From: a virus
Lineage: Duplodnaviria > Caudoviricetes
IMG/VR virus record: IMGVR_UViG_3300037180_000072
Span: 1-61,355 of that record
DNA: 61,355 bases
Direction: 5' to 3' (one strand)
Both the position numbers and the translations under genes were made by a program. Position 1 is the first letter of the stretch; every line of letters starts with the position of its first letter. Below the pieces are notes generated by a model, which saw nothing but the letters and a program-made list of their open reading frames with translations, ran no database searches and was not told where the DNA came from. This document shows, in pieces, positions 37,805 through 47,879 of the stretch.

Positions 37805-40045
37805 CTATTTGTGATATACCGGGCCTTCCCAGCCTTCGGCACCTAAAATCAAACCGGGCGCCCACTTGGGAACGTCAACCACGGTTTCAATCAGTGCATC
37901 AAGGCGCAATCCACTCTCGGGTTCCTCACAAGCAATCTCATCGTGAAATAAACCCCAAATATGGAAGCCGCGATTATCGGCCAATTTTATACTGTGTAAA
38001 AGATCGTCACGAGCCATTGCTTGAATTGCGTTTTCGCAAAGCTTTCCGCCATACGTTTTTACGCGTCCCCACTTGTTGTGCTTTTTCTGAACACGGCCAT
38101 CGGCGCCCGTAGTTGAACTGTGCTCGACGCCGTCATAGGAAATATTTAGAACCTGAAAGGGTCTTCCCGTTTTTTTACTGACGAGTGTGACCTCTTCTAG
38201 TTTTGGATTCAAATAGTGCAGCGCTCTGCCGGACGGAAGCTCCATAACTATCAGGTACCCACCACCTATTAGAGATCGTCGCCGGAAAGCGATCACGCAC
38301 TGTTTGCCCCCTTTGGGGTGCGGTAGCCATTTTTGTTGCCATCTGTTCCACGTCGCTTCACCCACTTTGATAACTCCGCCACGCATCAAAACCTGTTTGA
38401 ACGCCTCTTCCAGATCGCTCCAGAACTGGACAACTTCGGGGTATGCTGACCGAAAAATATCCACGGCTTCTTGCGCTTCTTCTTTGGTCATATCCACGCC
38501 GCAGGTACTTAACGCGTATCCCCATAGGCCACCACGCGTGGGATCGCCGTACTCGTTCATTTTCATTTCACCGCCACCCTGTCCGAATCCAGCAGCTAGG
38601 GTAGCAGCTTTGAATTTTTGTCGATCATCTTCGTTGCCTGCGGCATAGTCCGCCCACAGTTCAGCATAGGTTTTCTTAGTTAGTTTTGTACCGTAGGAAA
38701 GATAGGGATCGCCCCCGTCTTTCTTTGAATGCCTGAAAACGTCCAGCATCGCGTCACAACCCGCAGCCCAGCCCAACATGCGGTTCTCGATAGCGTTTTT
38801 GTCTGCGACAACAAACCGATTTCCGGGTTTAGCCTGAAACAGCGAGCGCATAAGCGTGATCACAAAACTTACAACAGTGACTGAGTCTTTTTTATTTTTT
38901 ACGTTTGTGAATTCGCGAACGATTCCGTCATAGTCTTCGCGCTCCAAAAGATCGAGCGCTAACTCCAGCTTTTTCCTGACCGCCTTCTCTCCGCGTGACA
39001 GGTTCTGTACTTGTACTGATGCGTCTTCACCACCACCGCTTGCCCATCGCCCGGTTCGCGACGCTCCTAAGTATCGAAACTGGTACCTAATCCGGTCATC
39101 ATCCGAGATAAGTTCTAGCATTTTTTCAATTTTGGTGTACGAAGATTTGCGTGTAGACAGCCGGATGTCCAACACCTCGCGGCACTCGGGAGTGATTAGC
39201 GAATCCGGTTTGTCTAATTCAACTCGAATGGTCGGAGCGCGCAAAGACTCTAAAGTGTACCCGCGTGCGTGTACCCATTCTTTCATTTGCGGGTCAGAAT
39301 TGGGATTCTCCAAACCCGTTTTTTCTTTGAGAAGCGTTTGCTGTTCGCCCAGAAAACGCAAAGCTAACCGCAAACCTTTTTCTGCAAGATCGCGACGGGT
39401 AGGTATACCAAACTGATTGATCTTTTGGTCCAAAAACCAACCACGCCATTCGTGTTCGGGAAATTGAATTTTGAGTAGTCGGTACCACAGGTCTCGTTCA
39501 GCGCGTGTGTCCCGTTTGCAGTACTCGCCGTATTCCTCAAACTCTCGGGGATGGGTATTGTGATCACGAAACAGTGGAGGTGCGATGCCAAACAAAGTCA
39601 TATTGCCGCCCATGCTTACCGGCTGGCAGAACATATCTTTGAGCGCTTCGCCTCGCTCATCTTTCCTATGGGGCATTTTTAAAATGTCGGCAACGTCTTC
39701 CAAATAGCCGGGCAAAGATAAGGCGTGCGCCAAGACAATCGGGTCTCGGAATCGCTCGGTCGGGAGATCGATCTTCATTCCGTATTTGAGAATTTGCTGC
39801 TCAAATATGGAGTGCCATGCGACGATGATTATCTTGGGATCATGCAGGAGTTTGAGCAAGCGCTTTGGTGCGGGGCCAAGATGCGGTAGCCACAACTGGA
39901 TTTCTTCGTCGTCGGCGGCCCAGCCGAGCATGCTAATGCCCAAGGATGGGTGCTTGGCGTAGCGATCAAGTCCGACAACGGTCAAATCGAGGAGATTGAA
40001 GGTCTCAAAATCAGCAAACAAATATTGTACAGGCAAGCTGGTCAC
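37805..40045 (-). CDS. DNA polymerase, family A (SPO2/APSE-like) with 3'-5' exonuclease
   Basis: ADFETF exo I; TGRWAS; D..AIENR motif A; RQ..K..L..GFG motif B; TYGGKLCENAIQA; HDEI motif C. Confidence 0.9.
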   Translation of the reverse strand: MTSLPVQYLFADFETFNLLDLTVVGLDRYAKHPSLGISMLGWAADDEEIQLWLPHLGPAPKRLLKLLHDPKIIIVAWHSIFEQQILKYGMKIDLPTERFRDPIVLAHALSLPGYLEDVADILKMPHRKDERGEALKDMFCQPVSMGGNMTLFGIAPPLFRDHNTHPREFEEYGEYCKRDTRAERDLWYRLLKIQFPEHEWRGWFLDQKINQFGIPTRRDLAEKGLRLALRFLGEQQTLLKEKTGLENPNSDPQMKEWVHARGYTLESLRAPTIRVELDKPDSLITPECREVLDIRLSTRKSSYTKIEKMLELISDDDRIRYQFRYLGASRTGRWASGGGEDASVQVQNLSRGEKAVRKKLELALDLLEREDYDGIVREFTNVKNKKDSVTVVSFVITLMRSLFQAKPGNRFVVADKNAIENRMLGWAAGCDAMLDVFRHSKKDGGDPYLSYGTKLTKKTYAELWADYAAGNEDDRQKFKAATLAAGFGQGGGEMKMNEYGDPTRGGLWGYALSTCGVDMTKEEAQEAVDIFRSAYPEVVQFWSDLEEAFKQVLMRGGVIKVGEATWNRWQQKWLPHPKGGKQCVIAFRRRSLIGGGYLIVMELPSGRALHYLNPKLEEVTLVSKKTGRPFQVLNISYDGVEHSSTTGADGRVQKKHNKWGRVKTYGGKLCENAIQAMARDDLLHSIKLADNRGFHIWGLFHDEIACEEPESGLRLDALIETVVDVPKWAPGLILGAEGWEGPVYHK

Positions 40046-40638
40046 CGATTGGCAGTTTCACGTTCTCGAATTATGTTCAGGTGCTCCGTGACGGAATGAA
40101 CTCGGAGTAGCGCGTCCGCATGCCGGTTCCACGGCTGATCGAGTAAGAAAGCGGTCACGCCCGGAGTCGCGTTTAATTCGCTCACAGTCGGGGCGAGGTC
40201 GTCGAGGTGGTACTTCAGCCCGAGTCCCTGGAATAAATGCTGTTTGTGAGCAGGATCGGCGACCTGCAGCACCGTACTGTATCCGGCGCGGGGCCACAGA
40301 TGTCGGTCGTGCAGCCAGCGGGCAGATTGGACCGATGCGGGTTCGCCGATGGTATTGACGCGGCTGGTGATGAAGAAAATTTCGTCGTCGGGTTTGATAC
40401 CTTGCTGGAGTTCGGAGAGGCCGGGCAGAGCACCCATGTTCTCCCAAAAATAAGGTACGTTTCGAATGTCCCGCCAAACTTCGGCCATTTGCGCTTTCGT
40501 GAGATATTGGCTGTAGTCCCAGTCGGATGGTCCGGTGAAATCGGGCGGAAACTTTCCGGGCCATCGCAAATTTGCGATAGCGACGAGACTGGCGCTGAAA
40601 TTGCAAATCACGCCGTCGAGGTCAATTGCGAATCGCAT
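40042..40638 (-). CDS. HAD-family 5'(3')-deoxyribonucleotidase-like protein
   Basis: IDLDGV motif I; FITSR; LDD; DQPWN. Confidence 0.8.
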   Translation of the reverse strand: MRFAIDLDGVICNFSASLVAIANLRWPGKFPPDFTGPSDWDYSQYLTKAQMAEVWRDIRNVPYFWENMGALPGLSELQQGIKPDDEIFFITSRVNTIGEPASVQSARWLHDRHLWPRAGYSTVLQVADPAHKQHLFQGLGLKYHLDDLAPTVSELNATPGVTAFLLDQPWNRHADALLRVHSVTEHLNIIRERETANR

Positions 40639-41111
40639 TATCGTTGCTCCGGCGGTTTCGCGGCCCTCGCGATTGGCGCACCTTCGGCTTCGAGTTCGAG
40701 TTGTAGAATGGCAAGCGCTCTCCAGGCAAGTTTTGCGGAGTGATACATTCCGTCAGTGTCTTTGCTGCCGCGCTCGACCATGTGTCGCAATAATGCATCT
40801 GCCTGGTCGCCGGACTTCTCTCGCGCCCAGTGTAGCGGCGAATCGGGACCGTTGTGTTGCAAGTTACCTTGGCGCGAAACCTTCGCGACTTCGGCCAAAG
40901 CGGAACTGAAATAGTCCAAGACTCCCGTGGCGAGGGGAACTTCTTTTCGCGATTTGGAATCTGTGGGCAGAGTTGATTTTGGTTCAGTAATTGAAACGGC
41001 ATAGTGGATTAAAGAGCCGGGATTTTCCCCACAAACCGCGCACTCCGTCCCCATCAGGTCGGCCAGTGATGACTCCGACGGCACAAACGCGTGTATTCCT
41101 GCTCTCGGCAT
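40638..41111 (-). CDS. dATP/dGTP diphosphohydrolase-like protein (DUF5664-like)
   Basis: RKEVPLATGVLDYFSSALAEVAKVS..GN.QH..LHWAR..DALLRH..H.AKLAWRALA. Confidence 0.65.
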   Translation of the reverse strand: MPRAGIHAFVPSESSLADLMGTECAVCGENPGSLIHYAVSITEPKSTLPTDSKSRKEVPLATGVLDYFSSALAEVAKVSRQGNLQHNGPDSPLHWAREKSGDQADALLRHMVERGSKDTDGMYHSAKLAWRALAILQLELEAEGAPIARAAKPPEQR

Positions 41112-41114
41112 GTC

Positions 41115-42110
41115 TCAACCTTTCTTGAACAAAATTTCCCGTAAGGCGGCGTCGATCTTGGCTGCGATCTCGGGATGTTCTACCAGAAATGTGCGAGCGT
41201 TGTCAATTCCTTGGCCCAGACGTTCGCCGCCGTAGGAGAACCAGTTTCCGCTACGCTCCACTACTTTGTATTCTTCGCCGATTTTTAGTAAATCCCACTC
41301 AGCGGATATGCCGTGCCCGTACAAAAGTCGAACTTCCGCTTCCTGAAAAGGAGCGGCCATTTTGTTTTTTATGACCTTGATGCGCGTTTCCGCGCCAACG
41401 GGTTTGTCGTTTTCTTTGATGATTTGGGTTTTGCGGATGTCCAATCGCACGGACGAGAAAAACTTGAGCGCGCGGCCACCTGATGTAGTTTCATTGCTGC
41501 CGAACATCACGCCGATTTTTTCGCGAATCTGATTGATGAAAAATAAAATGGTGTGGGTCTTGTTCGTGACCGCAGTCAGTTTACGCATCGCCTGTGACAT
41601 CATGCGTGCTTGAACACCCATCTGGGCATCTCCGAAATCGCCTTCAAGTTCGGAGCGAGGCACCAGCGCGGCCACGGAGTCGATAACGATGATGGCAAAT
41701 TTGCCGGATTCAACCAAGGACTCGGTGATCTCAAGCGCTTGCTCTCCGTTATCTGGCTGAGAAATAAACAAATGGTCTACGTCTACGCCGAGCGCACGAG
41801 CATAGGCCGGGTCCAGCGCTTGTTCAGCGTCGATATATGCAGCTTTGTGCCCTAGTTTTTGTGCTTCGGCGACAACGTGTAACGCCAGTGTGGACTTTCC
41901 CCCGGATTCAGGTCCAAACGCTTCTACTACGCGGCCACGGGGGAGGCCGCCGATGCCCAAAGCTTTATCGAGCGCGAGGGAGGAAGTAGATATGACATCT
42001 ACGGGCGTGAAGTTTTTGCTGCCGAGAAGCATTATGCTTCCCTTGCCGTGCTGCTTCTCGATTGCAGATATTACTTCCGCGAGACTTTGGGTCTCTTCAG
42101 TTTTGCTCAT
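41115..42110 (-). CDS. recA: recombinase RecA
   Basis: [53 protein letters not shown]. Confidence 0.95.
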   Translation of the reverse strand: MSKTEETQSLAEVISAIEKQHGKGSIMLLGSKNFTPVDVISTSSLALDKALGIGGLPRGRVVEAFGPESGGKSTLALHVVAEAQKLGHKAAYIDAEQALDPAYARALGVDVDHLFISQPDNGEQALEITESLVESGKFAIIVIDSVAALVPRSELEGDFGDAQMGVQARMMSQAMRKLTAVTNKTHTILFFINQIREKIGVMFGSNETTSGGRALKFFSSVRLDIRKTQIIKENDKPVGAETRIKVIKNKMAAPFQEAEVRLLYGHGISAEWDLLKIGEEYKVVERSGNWFSYGGERLGQGIDNARTFLVEHPEIAAKIDAALREILFKKG

Positions 42111-42134
42111 GGCTGCTCCGGTCGAACTGCTATT

Positions 42135-43196
42135 CTAGCTCAAGTAGATTTGCGAAGTCAATGTTTTTTCGAGGTATTGTTTGTTGATGAGGAAGAAAGT
42201 TTGACTGGGTTTTTCGTAACTTCCTTTGATGGATACCGCGTAGGCCGAATACCCGATAAGACATCCGTTGGAGATAAACGACCCGCCGTCGTATCGGGTA
42301 TGGAAGTGGCCGAATACGTCCAGATTCACGTCGGGCCGCGCCTTGTTCCACTGCGCTATGGCCTTGTTAGCGCTGATCGAAATCCCACCGACGCCCCCTT
42401 GGTACTTGATGGCGTGCCCATGGTGAAATCGAACCACGTACTTCTCAAAGAAGGTCACGTAGGAATGGTAGCCTTCGGCGATCTGAAACTTCACGCGTGG
42501 GTTGCCTTTGAAATGGTCGCGCATGACATAGTACATAAAATGCTCCAGCGAGTTCCCGGCCTCGGTGGCGATCCTTTGTTTTTTCGTTGTCCGAGCGTGG
42601 TTACCGCTGTGGCAGACAATCAAAAGTTCCAGCGTCTTCGGAGTGTGCGACAGAATGTACTCGATGCCGCCGATCAGATGGCTCTGTGCATTGTACGCGG
42701 CGTCCATCGGGGCCAAAAAATTTGCTTCGGCCAAATCTTCGTGAATCGAATTGGTGAAGAAGTCGCCGAGCAAAGCGATTACGAGAGTGCGAATGCTGGT
42801 TTTCTGTTGCTCGATCCCCAGCCAGGATAGGGTGCCATGAACCAATTGTGAAAACCGCCGGTCGTAGATTTGCAAGTTGAATTCGTTCTTCCCGCTCACC
42901 TGACCGGGATCAACGCGCTCTTCGTTGTGATGATCAGACCAAACCACAACCGCAGCGGACTCACTTTGGTCGTGGGCTTCCTTGGCAAGAATTTTAGACG
43001 CTTGGGGGGTCAGTTGGCTAAAATCCTTCAGCGAGCCCAATTCGGTTTCAAGGCCAACTATTTTTTCGCGCAAAGCGGCGATCTGCGCGTCTTTACCTTC
43101 ACGCTTGTCTCGCAGCTTCTGAAGATCGATCTCGACTTTGGCCTTCTCGGAAAGTGGTTTGGCCTTCTTCGCCACATCGTTGATTTTAGTCGCCAT
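42135..43196 (-). CDS. metallophosphoesterase-like protein
   Basis: SDHH, LLGD, GNH, HHGH, GHFH calcineurin-like motifs. Confidence 0.75.
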   Translation of the reverse strand: MATKINDVAKKAKPLSEKAKVEIDLQKLRDKREGKDAQIAALREKIVGLETELGSLKDFSQLTPQASKILAKEAHDQSESAAVVVWSDHHNEERVDPGQVSGKNEFNLQIYDRRFSQLVHGTLSWLGIEQQKTSIRTLVIALLGDFFTNSIHEDLAEANFLAPMDAAYNAQSHLIGGIEYILSHTPKTLELLIVCHSGNHARTTKKQRIATEAGNSLEHFMYYVMRDHFKGNPRVKFQIAEGYHSYVTFFEKYVVRFHHGHAIKYQGGVGGISISANKAIAQWNKARPDVNLDVFGHFHTRYDGGSFISNGCLIGYSAYAVSIKGSYEKPSQTFFLINKQYLEKTLTSQIYLS

Positions 43197-43500
43197 CGGT
43201 TTCCTCCAATTTTTCTCGCAACAATGCGATGCTTGCGCGGCTGCCCCAGTAAAGTTTGTTGTCCACTTTTAGCCGGTAGTCCGCGAGACCAGGGTGATTA
43301 TTTATGCCACCGGAGTGGATGTCGGCACCCATGCGCTCGGAAACCTCCATAGTACCAAGCAACTCGGACAAGGGAAGTTTGTCAAGTACGGCGATGGCCT
43401 TTTGCGCGCGTGGGGGAAGTGGCAATTTGCTTTTTGACCGAGTTACGGTCACCCCATTCACCTTAAACCCGCGAGGTAAAGGCACGCTCGGTCTCCTCAA
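43186..43500 (-). CDS. hypothetical protein
   Basis: ORF packed between neighbours. Confidence 0.45.
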   Translation of the reverse strand: MRRPSVPLPRGFKVNGVTVTRSKSKLPLPPRAQKAIAVLDKLPLSELLGTMEVSERMGADIHSGGINNHPGLADYRLKVDNKLYWGSRASIALLREKLEETDGD

Positions 43501-44436
43501 TCAAGATTTTCCGTTAGCCAAATCCAAAAGCATTGCTATGCGATCCTGAACGTAGTCGTCTCTCTGCAATTTCTCCGGCAAAATTTGCAACTCGTTCACC
43601 CGCGCGGCCCATTCCTGCGCTGTGTGTGCTGCGGCGGTTGCGGCGGTCAGTTTCGCCTGCGCATTCTGTGCCGCGAGCGCAGATTGCAAGACGGATAGGT
43701 TAACGCCGGATGGGGTAGTGTTATTCTTGGCCGACTCGATCCACTCGGGAAAGATCAATGCATAAACTTCGTCGAAACACTCCACAAATGCCGGACCAAC
43801 TTGCTGGCGCTTTGCCCATGTTATGCAGGTACGGCCCAATCGTCCAAAGCCGAAGAACGGAACAGCGTGGCCCCCGAGATTTCCGCCGACAAACGGGCCA
43901 TTCCATGGTTTGCCGTTGTCGAAATCTTCCATCATGCTGGCGGTGACTTGAATGCCCGTGTATACGGAACCAAATGCATTTATGGCCGCGTTTAGTTCTT
44001 CAGGATCGCGCCAGTTTACGGCGGCCCAACCGAGAATCAAACCTTTGGCCTGCGCGTAGGCCAAAAGGTCGGTGAGCGCGGTGCCTTGGTCGGTTGGATT
44101 TTCCCCGTCTATCAGCAGTGCGTTTGGGTTGTAGCCGGTGACTGCCGTGTATAAATCAAGTGCGTCTTTGTCGGTGAAGATTTCAGGAGTTCTATTGGCT
44201 GCGGAGTTCGCCATGCGGATATGGAGAAAACTGGCTTCCGCGCAGTCGCCCACTTGGTCATTAGCCAGCATGGATTTTGCCCACACCGAATCAGGAACAG
44301 CGTACTCCCATCCGCGTTTTTCAGGCGCGGACGGGAGTATCGGGGTTGGCGAAGGCGCCGAGATCACATCACGCAACGCCGCAAAATGTAAGGTGTTGGG
44401 ATGATACTTCGGCGCGGGTTTTTTGAGTGGGTACAT
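43501..44436 (-). CDS. papain-like cysteine peptidase-like protein
   Basis: NDQVGDCAEA catalytic-Cys-like motif; GGHAV; ITW. Confidence 0.55.
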   Translation of the reverse strand: MYPLKKPAPKYHPNTLHFAALRDVISAPSPTPILPSAPEKRGWEYAVPDSVWAKSMLANDQVGDCAEASFLHIRMANSAANRTPEIFTDKDALDLYTAVTGYNPNALLIDGENPTDQGTALTDLLAYAQAKGLILGWAAVNWRDPEELNAAINAFGSVYTGIQVTASMMEDFDNGKPWNGPFVGGNLGGHAVPFFGFGRLGRTCITWAKRQQVGPAFVECFDEVYALIFPEWIESAKNNTTPSGVNLSVLQSALAAQNAQAKLTAATAAAHTAQEWAARVNELQILPEKLQRDDYVQDRIAMLLDLANGKS

Positions 44437-44442
44437 TTTTCG

Positions 44443-45099
44443 TTATCGGTAAGAGAACGGATGCAGCAAAGTCTTGGTCGGGACGTGTGCGCGGCAAGGT
44501 GCGCCCACGACCGGGCAAGCATTTGCGTTCCAGCCGTTGACGATATTTTGCGACGAGACCACGACGCGGACAGGAATGTGGTACACGATTCCGCTATGGA
44601 GCGTAACCGTAGTCACCGCCGCCGCCGGTTGCCCGACTAAGGTAGCGATGGATTCGATGATCGTCAAAAAGCTGTCCGTACCGGCGACGATGCGCGAAGC
44701 CAACACGGAGTTATCGAATTGAGACGCAGCCAAGAATGCTGGCAGATTCGTCTCGGCGGCTTCGGAGATCGAAAGCAGCGTCGAGTTACCGGCGGCTTTG
44801 TTGGCTTCAACTGAACTGACCGTATTCGTTAACACCTGCTGCCATGCAGTGATGAGGGTCGTGTCGTGGGCGTCGATTGGAGTGCCTTCGACGGCGGATG
44901 TGATGGTAAGCGCATTCGCGGCAAGTTGGGCAGCGAGTGCAATCAAGGCGTCGATTTGGCTGGCGGTGCAGCCCTGTAGAGCGACGGCAGGCGTGAGAAG
45001 ACCGAGACAGATCAACGTAACCTGACAGACCTTCTTGAGCCACGACCACGAGCCGAACGTCGGCGCACGGAGTGTGTACAACGGCATTGCTGAAGTCAT
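44443..45099 (-). CDS. putative lipoprotein
   Basis: Hydrophobic leader ending ALQG-C; helical Ala-rich body. Confidence 0.5.
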   Translation of the reverse strand: MTSAMPLYTLRAPTFGSWSWLKKVCQVTLICLGLLTPAVALQGCTASQIDALIALAAQLAANALTITSAVEGTPIDAHDTTLITAWQQVLTNTVSSVEANKAAGNSTLLSISEAAETNLPAFLAASQFDNSVLASRIVAGTDSFLTIIESIATLVGQPAAAVTTVTLHSGIVYHIPVRVVVSSQNIVNGWNANACPVVGAPCRAHVPTKTLLHPFSYR

Positions 45100-45143
45100 T
45101 TGTATCTCCTTATCGGGTAAATCGGATGTGGTACCACTTCGCC

Positions 45144-45172
45144 AAGGTACATTATTTCTGGGGGAATGTCAA
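45144..45172 (-). promoter_or_regulatory. sigma70-type promoter
   Basis: TTGACA-17-TACCTT. Confidence 0.55.
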
Positions 45173-45552
45173 GTATTTTTGCTGAGTTGTTGCTTTGCTA
45201 AACGCTTCGCTAAACGCTTCGCCAACCTGCGCTGCTTCTTGGTATCTACTCGGCCAGGGAGACCGTATCGCGGCGCGCCCAGTGCAATCGTAGCTGGAGA
45301 ATTTTCCAAGTAATCGACTGCGGCTCTCAGTAGAATCAAACTGTCTCGAAATCGGCCAAGCGCGCGATTACATGCAGGGCAAAGCAAGCCGCGAATTAGC
45401 CCGGAAGTGTGGTTGTGATCTGTGTTAGGCTTTTTCATTGGCCGCTTGCAGATCGCGCACAAGCCTTTTTGGTGAGCCAATATTTTTTGCTGGTCGGCCA
45501 GAGACAAATTGAAGATGCGAAGAAGGCGTTTTTCTTTGGCGGAGGTTGTCAT
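45169..45552 (-). CDS. endonuclease VII-family nuclease
   Basis: QKGLCAIC..DHNH..IRGLLCPACNRALG. Confidence 0.85.
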   Translation of the reverse strand: MTTSAKEKRLLRIFNLSLADQQKILAHQKGLCAICKRPMKKPNTDHNHTSGLIRGLLCPACNRALGRFRDSLILLRAAVDYLENSPATIALGAPRYGLPGRVDTKKQRRLAKRLAKRLAKQQLSKNT

Positions 45553-46415
45553 TTCCCGCCCGGTTTCTTCAGTCCCTGCAGCGCTTTGGACGGTATGGTT
45601 TTTTCGTTAGCTTTTCGTACATCTCCTTCCGCGCCGCTTCCTGTTGCGCCGGGCTCAGTTGCTGAAATAGGCGAAACGTCAATCGTCTTCGTAGGCGGCG
45701 CTACTTCTTGTCCGCCGATGCTGCCGAAGGTGATATGATCTGCGGGCTCTGCGGGCGGCGTGATATTCTTGGCGCGGGCAAAACGAGTTTCTTCCGGCTC
45801 AAACTCACTGGCGGCTTCGACAGCTTCATTTCCTATCGCCAGTCCTGCGACATCCGTGGCTGTTTTTCCAACCGCGCCTGCCAAGTTACCGCCGGGTTTC
45901 GCGCCTTGGGCAAAGGCGCGCAATCTGTCGGACACGGGGGACACGCCAGGCATGAGCGACCCGACGGCATCGGATGCGAGCGAAGTAGTATCAGCCAAAC
46001 CTTGTCCGTACTTTTTGGCATGGAAATCCTGGACGCTGTGTATGAGATCGGATTTGGCTTGGTTGTAGTCGGCGGTGGTAGACTTGCCGCTTACCAGATT
46101 GGTTACCTTGGCAGCGACTTCTTTAGACGCGCGGTAGGCAAGCAAGCCTCCGGGACCAAGTAATTCAAACGCCAAAACCTCTTTGTGGTCTTGCGGAGGG
46201 AGAAAATCCTGGACCTGGTCTTTGGCTTCTTGGCCGATGCCTTCAGTGAGCCGAGTCGCAAATGGCTTGGCGGATTCGTTAGGATCGGCGCCGATGTGCG
46301 TAGCTTGGGTAGCTGCTGCGGATGCGCTTGCGTCTACCGGGTCCGGTGGAGGCGCAGGTACGGTAGCGGCGGCTTGAGGGGAAAGTGTGCTTGTGTCGTT
46401 GGGCGCGGGAGGCAC
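45549..46415 (-). CDS. hypothetical protein (ejection-protein-like composition)
   Basis: 288 aa, Ala/Gly-rich. Confidence 0.5.
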   Translation of the reverse strand: MPPAPNDTSTLSPQAAATVPAPPPDPVDASASAAATQATHIGADPNESAKPFATRLTEGIGQEAKDQVQDFLPPQDHKEVLAFELLGPGGLLAYRASKEVAAKVTNLVSGKSTTADYNQAKSDLIHSVQDFHAKKYGQGLADTTSLASDAVGSLMPGVSPVSDRLRAFAQGAKPGGNLAGAVGKTATDVAGLAIGNEAVEAASEFEPEETRFARAKNITPPAEPADHITFGSIGGQEVAPPTKTIDVSPISATEPGATGSGAEGDVRKANEKTIPSKALQGLKKPGGK

Positions 46416-46424
46416 AAGGCACCT

Positions 46425-47087
46425 TTAGGCGTCAGGATTCAAAACCTGCAATTTTGGATCAATGGCGAAGGCGTCGTGAATTCGGCGTTTATCTACGTCA
46501 TGGATGCCCCCGTCTGAAGCCAAAACGCGAAAATTGGATGGATCGACTGGAGGCAAGTGTTCGAGGCCGTCAGGACGCGGCGGCAGGACCACAGGGGCGG
46601 CTGCAGAGGCTTTTTTACTTGTGGATGACTTCCCACCCTTCCGGGTAGTTGAACTCGCGGCAGGGGCTGCGCCAGCCTCGTCAGCGGCCTTTTCAGGAGT
46701 GGTCGCGGCCCCAATTAACAGCTTTGCCAATGTAGGATGGGCCTCGGCGTAATCGGCGACTTCGGGAGGCAGAGATTTCAAAGTGTTGATGGCCCCGATT
46801 GCTTTGTCGAGAGGCGCGACAGCGGGCATGAGAGATTTCTTGGCCTGATAAAGTTTGTCTTTTGTGTCTTCCGGGACGGCCAAAGGCTGCAGTTTTGCCA
46901 CCAACTCTTCCGGCGATTTTGTGTTAAAAAACGCGTCATGCAAGTCCGCGCGCTGACTATCGTTGATCGCCGGGTCTCCGTCGAGGATGGGAAAAGCAGG
47001 ATCGGAGAACGGAGATTGTGTTTGAGATTGAGGGTCCATGTTCATTTTCCTCGGTACTTCTAAATTAGTACCCATATGACGGTACAC
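46425..47087 (-). CDS. hypothetical protein (start may be 47045)
   Basis: About 205-220 aa; GAGG RBS before MNMDPQ. Confidence 0.55.
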   Translation of the reverse strand: MYRHMGTNLEVPRKMNMDPQSQTQSPFSDPAFPILDGDPAINDSQRADLHDAFFNTKSPEELVAKLQPLAVPEDTKDKLYQAKKSLMPAVAPLDKAIGAINTLKSLPPEVADYAEAHPTLAKLLIGAATTPEKAADEAGAAPAASSTTRKGGKSSTSKKASAAAPVVLPPRPDGLEHLPPVDPSNFRVLASDGGIHDVDKRRIHDAFAIDPKLQVLNPDA

Positions 47088-47140
47088 ATCGAAGCTAAAC
47101 GACCCTTATATGGGTACACTCGACTCCAAAACGGGTACGG

Positions 47141-47782
47141 CTATCCACACGACGCGTCGGCTATGACGTTGCTGTCCATTTTCGTCGCGCCCATCAAAAC
47201 TTCAAATTCAAATTCACCTTGAGGGTCTAAGTATACCCCAATAATTCCACCCGGTTCCACGATGTCACCTTTTTCATCAAGACCCATCGCCATTTTGATG
47301 ACCGAATTGTGGATCACAGCCACCGTCGGAAGGCTTTCGTACGGCGAGCAAGCATACTGAAAAATCACTTTCACTCGGTCAACACCTTGATTCCAGCTTT
47401 CGCCGCCAGGGATCGGGACATCAGGGTTGGCTCGAAAATATTGGAGTCGGGCTTTGCGTTCTGGCGTTTTTTCTTTACCTGTAAACTCGTCCCCGAGGAA
47501 CCAAGCGCGTAGATTTGGATCGGTCGCGAGAAACGGGCAGGCCGCATTCACCTCGTTCATTATGATTTCGGCGGTTTGATATGCACGCGGCAGGTCCGAG
47601 GAAATGATGCGGCCAACTTTTTGGTACGCCAGCCACTGCCCGGCTTTTTCGGCGGACTGGCGACCTTCTGGGGAAAGTACGAAATTTCCCCAGCCATCCC
47701 ATCTATTTTGGATGTTTAGCTCGCCGTGGCGAACCCACAGCATGACTAGCTCGCGAGATGGGTCCATGTTGATGTCTGACAT
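47141..47782 (-). CDS. histidine phosphatase (phosphoglycerate-mutase family)
   Basis: VRHGE; SSDLPRAYQTA; PGGES; VIHN. Confidence 0.85.
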   Translation of the reverse strand: MSDINMDPSRELVMLWVRHGELNIQNRWDGWGNFVLSPEGRQSAEKAGQWLAYQKVGRIISSDLPRAYQTAEIIMNEVNAACPFLATDPNLRAWFLGDEFTGKEKTPERKARLQYFRANPDVPIPGGESWNQGVDRVKVIFQYACSPYESLPTVAVIHNSVIKMAMGLDEKGDIVEPGGIIGVYLDPQGEFEFEVLMGATKMDSNVIADASCG

Positions 47783-47798
47783 TTTTGGTTCCTTGATC

Positions 47799-47874
47799 TG
47801 GAGCCCGAAGATGGACTTGAACCACCGACCCGCTGTTTACAAAACAGCCGCTCTGCCAACTGAGCTATTCGGGC
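47799..47874 (-). tRNA. tRNA-Thr(UGU)
   Basis: Canonical 76-nt cloverleaf GCCCGAA...TTCGGGC-T-CCA; anticodon loop TTTGTAA. Confidence 0.95.
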
Positions 47875-47879
47875 AAAAT

